Source: Spizellomyces punctatus DAOM BR117 (lineage: Eukaryota). Taken from it: a stretch of DNA of 64,000 nucleotides. The stretch lies in the NCBI GenBank assembly GCA_000182565.2, contig KQ257451.1; one strand, written 5' to 3'. A program made the translations under genes and the position numbers. Below are positions 40,753 through 50,282 of the stretch, piece after piece; the stretch's first letter is position 1, and each line of letters begins with the position of its first letter. The notes beneath the pieces were generated by a model. That model did not search any database, had not been told where the DNA came from, and worked only from the letters and a program-made list of their open reading frames with translations.

Positions 40753-41477
40753 GTGTGTGGGCAAAAAGGATTGTCAGTCTGCAGATAGATGCAGCCACTG
40801 GATCGAATGAGATGAAATGCAAAATGCCTTCCTCGATTTAGGCAAATGAAACTATGGGTCGATGCACAAAAGATGCTCCATCATGAGAAAACGGGTCCAA
40901 TATGCGGCCATGAATGACTGCAATTACTATCCCTTGCGGCCATCTGCTTCAGTTGCCACATGCATATCATCAGTTATGACTCAATGTATCCCCTCTTTTT
41001 TCTATATAAACCCCCCCTTGTCTGCCCCCTATCTTGTTCTTTACCCTCGACTCTCAAAGCATCTGCCCAACGTTCAAGTCCATCATGAGAATGCCGCTCT
41101 GGTGCCGAGGACCTCGCCCACCCGACAACAACAACAACATAACCCCTTGCAAACGCTGCTACTACTATACTGCTACGATCGCAGGTATGCATTATCTTTG
41201 TATTTTCCTATGCGTATTCCGAGTCTAATTCCCGTTACCTTAGTATCTGAAAACATCCTCCGACTAAAGAATTTCGGAATCAAGGGCTTAGTAGGATTTC
41301 TCTCGTGGTGGTGGGCTTAGTTACCCGGTTAGAACAACCGTAATGTATTGCATGTGTCATTGGGCCTAGTGGTAGTCGGTTGGTTGTAAGGAGGGAATTA
41401 CTTGGCTTTTCCGAACCGGTTGCCGCCGGTTTATTCCCTGGTGTATTGTGTTGTGACATTTGTTATTGCCAATACAC
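40753..41477 (+). mobile_element. Non-autonomous TIR element (Fanzor1 'ghost'-like MITE) with TA target duplication
   Basis: Left CATA|GTGTGTGGGCAAAAA versus reverse complement of right end CATA|GTGTATTGGCAATAA (16/19 including flanks); TA at 40751-52 and 41478-79; no transposase or RuvC ORF inside. Confidence 0.75.
41085..41320 (+). CDS. Putative 58-aa spliced micro-protein inside the element
   Basis: TATATAAA near 41003, ATG 41085, intron 41185-41243 (GTATGC..CTAAT..TAG); spliced frame stays open to TAG 41318-20. Confidence 0.4.
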
Positions 41478-41495
41478 TATGAACATTAAAAACAA
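41405..41495 (+). ncRNA. Fanzor1 omegaRNA-like guide RNA (about 75-nt scaffold ending CACTA plus about 15-nt flank-derived guide)
   Basis: TTTTCCGAACCGGTTGCCGCCGGTTTATTCCCTGGTG...CACTA resembles the SpuFz1 scaffold as I recall it; stems GAACCGG/CCGGTTT and TGGTGTATTG/CAATACACTA. Confidence 0.75.
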
Positions 41496-41579
41496 ACCGT
41501 AATGTACATGAAAGAGGTTTTCTCATTTCTCTAAAAAATTGTGTACATGATTCTATTTACACACACAAAGTCGATCCAT

Positions 41580-43370
41580 TTACGGTAACACTTTTCTCAT
41601 CCACGGATGCTGCAAAACCTGTTCAGCACTGGGACGCCTATCAGGTGTCTTTTCCAGCATCCAGTCCACCAATTGGAGACATTCTGCGCTCGTCTGCATC
41701 TTTGGTGGCTTGTATCCACTGGCCATGGCTTCCTCGCTGCTGGAAAAGGGACATTCGCCGTGTAACATGGTGTACAGGAGGACGCCCATGGCCCAAATAT
41801 CAGAAGGTCGGCCCTTGTATCGTTCTCCTCTGAGGATTTCGGGTGAAGCGTATTGGAGAGTTCCTTGGAAGCGGTCAAAGAGCTGCGACTTTTTGTGAGA
41901 GGGTTCAAAGGCAGCTGACCCGAAATCGATGATTTTAACGTGGAGGTTCGAGTCAATGACAATATTTTCGTCCTTCAAGTCGCGGTGAACGATGCCACGA
42001 GAGTGAAGGTATGCTACAGCTTCGGCGATTTGACGAAAGACGTGCCTAGCATGGCGTTCTGGAAGGTGAGCGTTTTGCTCAATGCACTCAAAGAGGTCCA
42101 TGGAAGGTTTGCGAGCAAGTTTGGGAGGTAGCGGGACGGATTGGGTGCGAGCCATGGGTGGCGGTGAAGGGAGGGAGCGAGGGGCCGGTGTGGAAGAAAG
42201 TGTTGGGTTGGAGAGTTGTCGTACCCGGTGAGGAGGAGAAGGCGATACTTGCTCGGCGCCACCGGTTTCTTCACATATTACCCTTGCGATGGCTGGATGA
42301 CGACAAGTCGCAGTCGCAGCTGTAGGGGAACTAGGTGGAGAATGGTGTCCATTAGAGATGAACTCGTTTTCCTTCTTTTCTGGCGGATCGATTTCTTCCG
42401 GGATCGTGTCCACTTGAGCACGTGCTGCTTCAGCAGCCTTGGCAAGGTGCATGGCATCTTTGCGGTCCTTTTCATCTATAAAAGCATTGTCCGTAGCACT
42501 CCACTGGGTTCCATGCATCTCCATCACCAAATAGCCAAACCGCTCGTCTTCGAAAAAATCTTCAAATGCAATCACATTTGGATGGTTGCAACGCCGGACC
42601 AGATACACTTCCATTGGCATGACGCCAAGTTCTCGATCTCGTGCCCACGCAGATACGGGGATTCTCCGCTTTAGGATCAATTTTACGGCCACTTCCTTCC
42701 GGTCCTTTATACGAGTAGCCGCTAGAACATGGCCGAATCCGCCCGAACCCAGCTCAGCGGTGACTTGGTAGCGAGCCAAAAAAGCAGCATTGAGAGGGTA
42801 CTTGTTCAACAGACGTTGAAGAGGAGATGTATCGTCATTTGAAAGGGAAGATCTCGACTTTTGTTGTTGTTTAGGAGGCGGTGTTGCTGGTGAGCGAGCG
42901 ATGCGTGCGGTAGGACTGGAGGGACGAGATACGGATTGCGGTGTAACGGGCATGGAGGATGGAGGTTTTTTAACGAAGGGCAAAGTGGCAGTAGTCGCAG
43001 CAGTAGCAGTCGAAGGAGGAAGAGGATTTGGAGTCGATACAGGCGATGAGGGTGCGGTTGAGCCTTTAATGTCTTGCGCGCTCTGTGCACGCTGTGGACC
43101 CTCGGCAGTAACCGGCCCGTGAGCAGCAGCAGCAGAAGAAAGAGGCTGCCCTTGTCCCCCGGTTGCCTTGAGCTGTGGCCGCGAGTTGAAGAATTGTCGG
43201 ATTAAACCCTTTTTCGTCAGTTGAGGGCTAGTGTACGGAGACGTTGTCGTTGCCGTGTTCAGCATGGATGGCTGTGATCCACCATAACATCCTCTAGTGT
43301 ACTGATTCGAAGGTTGATGCGGTAACGGGCTCAGGGAAGTTGGGTGATGAAGGGAAGTGCTGGGCGGCAT
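41580..43370 (-). CDS. Ser/Thr protein kinase (PASK/PIM-like, CAMK group), intronless, with a large insert in the kinase domain
   Basis: LGSGGFG, VAVK, MDLFECIE, HRDLKDEN, IIDFGSA, FQGTLQYASPE, DIWAMGV. Confidence 0.93.
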   Translation of the reverse strand: MPPSTSLHHPTSLSPLPHQPSNQYTRGCYGGSQPSMLNTATTTSPYTSPQLTKKGLIRQFFNSRPQLKATGGQGQPLSSAAAAHGPVTAEGPQRAQSAQDIKGSTAPSSPVSTPNPLPPSTATAATTATLPFVKKPPSSMPVTPQSVSRPSSPTARIARSPATPPPKQQQKSRSSLSNDDTSPLQRLLNKYPLNAAFLARYQVTAELGSGGFGHVLAATRIKDRKEVAVKLILKRRIPVSAWARDRELGVMPMEVYLVRRCNHPNVIAFEDFFEDERFGYLVMEMHGTQWSATDNAFIDEKDRKDAMHLAKAAEAARAQVDTIPEEIDPPEKKENEFISNGHHSPPSSPTAATATCRHPAIARVICEETGGAEQVSPSPPHRVRQLSNPTLSSTPAPRSLPSPPPMARTQSVPLPPKLARKPSMDLFECIEQNAHLPERHARHVFRQIAEAVAYLHSRGIVHRDLKDENIVIDSNLHVKIIDFGSAAFEPSHKKSQLFDRFQGTLQYASPEILRGERYKGRPSDIWAMGVLLYTMLHGECPFSSSEEAMASGYKPPKMQTSAECLQLVDWMLEKTPDRRPSAEQVLQHPWMRKVLP

Positions 43371-45118
43371 AGTTAATAACAGAGTGTGTGTAATCGATGA
43401 TTAATCTTGATGCGATGGAAAAAAAAAAAAAGGGCTGTCGTGAGGTGAATCAAGACGAATGGATAAGATGGCCGATAACGGAAAAAATAAATGGCCCTCC
43501 GCCCTTCACTCGCGCGTCGGATTTTGACAGGTTGATATAGTCGTTTGTTGGGATTCTCCGTTGGGGCAGAATGGAAACAAAGAAAACAGAAAGGGGGCAG
43601 AAAGAAAACCTTACGTCTTTTTATACTCCCGTTGTTTTCATTTAAAAATACAAAACAATTTGGGGAATATCGATGGATGTCTTTTCCATATGACACCTAC
43701 TTGTGTATCTCCCTTGATTTTTAGTTGGGATTTGGGGGGGGGGAGTTTTTTGAATACAAATCACCCGATACCCTCCGCACACACACACAAAACTCTTTGC
43801 AGTCGCTTTCGGAAAAGGCTGTGGTTTTGAAAGGCGTTGTGTGTGTGTGCGGTGGTGGATGGGTGGAAAAAAACGCGTCAGTGATTCAAAATGTTTAGTT
43901 TTGTAGTTTAAAGAAAACCCATGGGGCCTACAAGTAGTTGCTATCAAAAACAAGCGGGCAATTTCGGGATGAAACTTGAAGAATGATAAAGGGTGTAAGA
44001 AGCATATTGGAATTAGGGTATTACTGATATTTTACAATATATTTGGGCAAACTTATGGATTTCATTTAGAATGAACAAAAGATGCAAAAAATGGATATGC
44101 CACCATAAAAGAGTTTGAGAGGGTTTTAGCCACCCTTTTAAAAGTTGGCTCTGGAACTCGATTTCTTCTCCCACCACCCCGTTCTGTTTGTTACAATGCA
44201 CAACGGTCATTCTCGTACCCAAAAGATCTACTTTATCGGATAACCGCAACTACAAGTACAGACATGAGATACACTCGCGTTATTCTCAAGATGGGCTTGA
44301 TTTCTGTTCAGGTAAATAAAATCGTACCTAAAAAAAAAGGGCCTAGACAGATATTGTGTGTGTGTGTGGGTCGATCGAATCAACGAACAGATCTCGGCCA
44401 TGGCTATCTCACGCACAAGACACACTCATGAAGGCGCGCGTTCAAGCCTCCTCGGCTGTGGATTTCTATCTGATTGAAATGACATGTGAAAGTAAAGAGA
44501 TGGAAATCTCCCCCCTTCATTGCAATGCGTGACAAAACACGCGCAGATTGAGATGCAAAGAGATGACTCTAATGTCACTCTTCCATGACACACACATATG
44601 CAAAAGTAAACACACACACATGTGCCATAAAAAAACCTTAAAATTCCCCCCCAGCAATTGCCCCTCCGCCATGGTAACAAAACACAACCGTTATCCCATT
44701 GTTTGTGAGTTCCGCACATGTACAAAAAGCGCAGTGGTCCCTTGAACCAGGTATTAGTTACTGATTGATTACGGTCATCCCCAGGGACTCGGTTCGGCTC
44801 CTCCCGGGAACAAGAGTTTTTTTCATTTCTGAAGTTACAGGGATATAGGATAAATCTATGGAGGTATCCGAAATGCGTACTACATTGTTAGGGTCATTGA
44901 TTTTTGTGACCCTTTTTTACGGCTGCCAAATTGTTTACAGGCGCCTCCGTGCCGCAAAGATTGTGTTGTTATTCTAACTTGTTACAAGGCCAGATAATTC
45001 TGGGAATGGAACCTGACGTTCGTCAAGGCTGTGGAGACCTCTGCTTCAGGAACAAAACCATGGGTCTTTCCTTATCAGAATATGAATGTGTAATATCCAC
45101 CTCTATGTGCTTTTGAGA

Positions 45119-45203
45119 GCTTCCGTGGCGCAATTGGTTAGCGCGTTCGGCTGTTAGATATCTAGCTACCGAGAGGTTGCCAGTTCGACCCTGGCCGGGA
45201 GCG
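45119..45203 (+). tRNA. tRNA-Asn (GTT) with 11-nt intron
   Basis: Identical to the 40566-40650 copy; T-run terminator near 45222. Confidence 0.93.
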
Positions 45204-45528
45204 TTATTGTCGCGACACCACTTTTTTTCCCATATCTGTTGTGCTGTAAAGCTCGCCAACGTACTTCGAACAATTGATGTTTCATTTGCTTCTTCTCAAT
45301 ATGCCATTGCAGACGTACGATGTGAAACAAGACGAGCATCGTATCGCTTATAATATGCGCATAATCAGGCATTGGGTAGGCCAACTTAGCAAACATCGCG
45401 CGTCGCGACCAGAAACTGCTTATCAAAGCGCGCTTCTCTCTTGTATATTTCTCCAGTTAAAGTGTTGAAAGGCGACAGACACAGCTCGCATCGAGTTTCA
45501 AAGGTAACCCCCAGAGGAATACTTTGGC

Positions 45529-48500
45529 ATGAGCGCCGACGACCCCCTGATCGATCCAGATACACTCCTTCCCGTTAATGGCACCCTTCCAATAGATGAA
45601 GAGGCTATCGTAAAAGATGCCCGTTGGTACAATGTCATCCTCTGGGCGCCATTTGTGCTAATACCCTTCACGATTATTCTGTCGCGGGTGCTAAGGTACC
45701 TGTGGAGACTCTATCAAGCTCGAGTATACGGTTACGGTAATATCCTATCTATGCCTTGAAACAGTCTAAAATGCCAACCTTCATGTACATTTTCGTTTTA
45801 CTAGATGAGGACTTGTTTAGTGATCCACTTGCCGAGCTGGGGTTATCCATCACAAGACACTACCGCAACACGACCGACATTCGCAAAATCCGCAAAGAAC
45901 AGCGTAAAATTCATTCCAAACAACAACGCGCCGAACGTGCTGCAGCTGCTCGCGAAACGGGACCTGCTCGCCGGTTTATTGCCGGATTTGCTCCCCTGAA
46001 TGCCGCTGAATCCTACTTTCAAGATCTCCGGAAACGAACGAAACGGACTTGGTCTGAACGTCTTAGTCCAGAGGCTGTCCGACGTTGGATTGATACGAGC
46101 CGTTATGCACGCATTTGGATGGTCTTTCAGGTCGTTTGTACCCTCCTGGCCATTGTCAACTATGTGTTGCTGACGTACTCGATTCACCGAACGGATCGAC
46201 GACACATTAAATACCTGGATCTCTTTCTTGCGAGCATGTTTCTTATCGACTATAGCATCTCACTCTACACCTCGGAAGATCGGTTACGATTCTACTTTAA
46301 TCCCGGATCATTGGTAGACCTCTTGTCCATCGTGCCTCCCTTTGTCTATGTCCTCATCTCTGAAACAAGCCAATACGTCTGGTTCTTGGGTCTACTACGA
46401 ATTCTTCGTGCAAGCAGGATATTGCGGACGTATCGGTTATTGAGTTTTAGTGAGACTGAGGAAAAGCGCGAATTGACCATTCTTGCACTTAGTTTTATGA
46501 ACTTTGTGTTTTTGAGTGCGAGTATCATCAATGCCTTGGAGAGCATCCATAATCAGCAGATTAATACTGCGAGCTTGAGTAATTGGCATGATAGTTTGTA
46601 CTATATCATGGTAACCTTCAGGTGAGTATTATCGTTTTGCAAGCGTATCATGATAAAACACCTTTATAACGTCCCCGTTTTACCCACAAAAACAGTACAA
46701 TAGGTTTTGGTGACCTGACACCCTCCTCCGTCCCCTCGCGAGTAGTCGTCATGCTCCTCATCATTGTCGTCGTTGTCTTTGTCCCCATCCAAACCGGGAA
46801 AATCGCTGAAATATACAACTCGACCTCAGCCTACCAAAGAGCCAAATACTCACCCGAGAGCGAACACGCTCATGTTATCCTCGGTGGAACGGTGTCCTAC
46901 ACGGCCGTTATTGATTTCTGTCGCGAGTACTTTGTAGCCGATCCCGAGGGGCATGTCGTTATTCTCAATGAAGAAGAACCTAGCTTGGACGTTCGCAAAC
47001 TTCTTCGCCACCCTTTTTATCGTAATCGAGTTATTTACCTCCGAGGTACTGCATTGAGTATACCAGACCTTCGTCGCGCCCAAGCAACCTTTGCAACTGC
47101 CTTATTCTTATTGAACCTCGATAGCCCGTCGGACGAAAACAGCGGAGGAGGGAATGAAGACGAGCAATTGCGCGTAACTCGTGGTGTGGATGCTCAGATT
47201 CTCATGCAGGCATTGGTGGCCAAGAATGCATTCCCCGGTCTCCCCATCTTTGGTGAAGTACAGGATATTAGAAGTCAAGATTTATCTCAAACCTGTGGAT
47301 GCGACAGAGTGCTCTGCATTGATGAAGTTAAAATGTCCATTTTGGCCCGAAATTGTCTCGTACCCGGGATCCTGACTCTCATCCTCAACCTGGTCCATAC
47401 GTATAAAGACGCACGGATGACATATCTCTCTGATGCCTGGACGACAGAGTATCAGCACGGCGCGGGACACCAAGTCTATTCTTTCAAAGTCCCTACTGGC
47501 CTCGTCGGTGTCCGATTCCCCCACGTTGTGCGGGAAGTCTATCATACCTTTGGTGCCATTGTCTTTGCCGTCATGTCAAGCAATGCGGGGTTCAATGTCA
47601 ACCCCATTCGACTCAACCCAGGCAAAGACTATCGGTTGCGGGATGATGATATTGCCTTTTGTGCCGCGGATGGAGGTGATGAATTAATGTTGAGAATCAT
47701 GTTACAGTACAAGGATACAGCCATCAGAGATGAGCTCAATTTGTTTGAACTGGGAAAAGAGATGGATAAAGTGGTTGTGGGAGAGGGACCCAGTGATATT
47801 CTCAAGACTGCTTCAGAAAACTTTAACACCTCGGCAGCATCTCTTCAACCTGACCCAACGCCCTCCCCGCTTACCTCGTCACCTACTACCGTCCTCGCAG
47901 ATCCAGGTCTCCTCTCTACCCTTCATTCCCATATTATCCTTTGCGGCTCCATGACATCCCGCGGAATCCGACACTTTGTCCGCTCCATTCGCACAAGCTC
48001 CATCTCTACGCCTTCCCGCGCTCTCTCTGCAAGCGAATCAACGCCCATCATCTGCCTCCTCGAAACCATACCCGCTTTTTCAGAGGATGGGATTTGGTCA
48101 GATATTTTGCAGTATCCGCATGTTTTCATTGTCCGTGGTACACCGTTAAAAAGGACAAGCTTGTTGCAGGCGGGTGTGGAAAGGTGTGCAAAGGTTGTTG
48201 TTTTTGCAAAGAATCAAAAAGGCGGTGCTGGGAATGCCCAGGATTTACCGGATGCAAATTCAGTGTTTATTGTTAAGATGTTGCAAAGGGTACAGTTCCT
48301 TTGCAGTTTCTGTATTTCCAATCATGTTTAACCCCATCTAACGTCACTTGCCTCATTCACAGGAATGGCCGCAAACATCCTTTATCGTCGAACTCTCCAA
48401 CGGCTCCAACGTCAAATTCTTTTCCTCCAAAAACTCGGAATGGAACTCTGACAACCTCCGCATGCAATCCATTCTCAACAACTATGCATTGAGCATCAAC

Positions 48501-49298
48501 GATCGTGTCGCATTATACAAAAAAGTCCGAGCAGAGGGTGCAGAGCGCGCTACAAATTTCTTGTATCGGTTGATTCAATTCACTGCGAGTGAACCTACCC
48601 CAGGTGCTGGAATCCCAACTGGGAATCCATCGTCCAAAAGTGAACCCAAACGCTCGAAACGCAAACGTCCTGACACGACAGGCCAAGTGGACGAAGTTTT
48701 GTTTGCTGGGGAGGGAGCGGAAATGGGTATGGCGGATCTCTCACCCAAAAACTACAAAAACCTTCCAACCAACCTCTCCGAACTGGAATCAGACGAAAAC
48801 TCTGACCAAGACGAACCCGTCTCAGAAACCCAACAACAACAACCCCCCTCAAATACCTCCCCCGTCTCAACAGCTTACCTCCAACGCCTCGTAGACGAAG
48901 CCGAACTCAACGAAACAGGCCTCTCCCCATTCCCAGCTTACCACTTTGACCGCCACTTTGCAGCGGGCATGGTTACAACATCCTGTTTCATGCACTCCCT
49001 CCTCGCTCAATCCTATTTCCGCCCATACGTCGTCGACATTGTCCGCGCCCTCTCCACATCCGCCATTCATATTCGTGTTCCCCCCGAATGCGTCGGAAAG
49101 AAATACATGGACCTTGTTGGATGGTGTTTGGAACGGGGGATAGTCCCGTTGGGGTTGTACCGTGGTGCTCTTTCTCGAAGTGAAAGACCTGCCTGGGGTG
49201 GAGAGACCGACGGTTTACCCTATGTTTATACAAACTGTAGGTCGTTTGATGTGGTGCGCAAAGATGATTTGGTGTTTGTTGTTCGGGAGGGGTCATGA
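45529..49298 (+). CDS. Slo/BK-family potassium channel with RCK domains (4 exons)
   Basis: N-terminal S0-like helix, S1-S3, S4 LRILRASRILR, pore YYIMVTF/STIGFGDLTP across an intron, S6, RCK1 HVILGG..LCIDEVKMSILARNCLVPG, RCK2 HIILCG..FAAG..PLGLYR. Confidence 0.92.
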
Positions 49299-50282
49299 AC
49301 GGAAATGCTTGTAAAAGTTCACTTTTATATATCGTTATCATACAATGTGTCCATCACTTTCACACATTTGCCCATACTGTAGAATGTGCATAAAGCAGTG
49401 TGCAACGACAAGATGCAAAAAAATACCAAATATATCTCCTTAGGGCCATGTCATGTATCGGATTCTGTGCATTGACGAGATACCAGAGTCTCCACATTGA
49501 AATATCTGCATGCCCGAGCTCAAATACCACACATTTACTTTACAAGACATCTCGTTTTTTTTGCATCTATAATTCGCGATCCCCATCAAAAACGCTAGAC
49601 TTGTATCCCAATCATACTCTAGTCGTAACTCTGTTTAGAGTTAAAGGTCAACTTGAGTAATTAATCAATACAATGTTCGAACCGAGGATCTTCCTAGGAA
49701 TATAATATACTGTCTAATTGAGCCAATCTCGTTGATACACATCATTAGTTTTTGTTTACACTTACTAAAAAGGTGCTTGATTAATCATAATGTCCAGAAA
49801 GTTCAGACTAAATTTCCTGGACCATTTCAATAAATGGCGAATGTGAACACTAGCAAACGTTTATCTCTTTCATCACAGATCACACTTAACATCTAAACCA
49901 ATACTAAAAACAAAAAAAAAGTTCCACTACACCAAGAAGTAACAAAACAATGTACAACTTTACCCACACACCCGACTTACGCATTCATCTCATGGATACA
50001 CGTTCCGTACGCGAGCATATCTCGCTCATCTCAACCAAGTCCAGTACATCAGAAACAATAAAAAGTCAAAAGTATTCGCCAAACCCCAGAAAAAAAAGGG
50101 ACCCCAAAAGCACCCATTATATCATTCAGCGTAAAAAAAGAAAAATATGCATTATCGCAAAAAGCCAAAATAAATGATCCACGAACATGGTGTAAAAAAA
50201 AAAAAAGAAAACACATCCGGCCAAAAGTCTTACGTGCAAAACCACATAAAAGACTTTCTTTATGCCAAACCCTCCCAAACTA

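Noticed and set aside
40862-41320. 152-aa ORF as a Fanzor or transposase
   Set aside because: Too short, with no RuvC or DDE motifs; only its 3' end is used in the spliced micro-ORF model.
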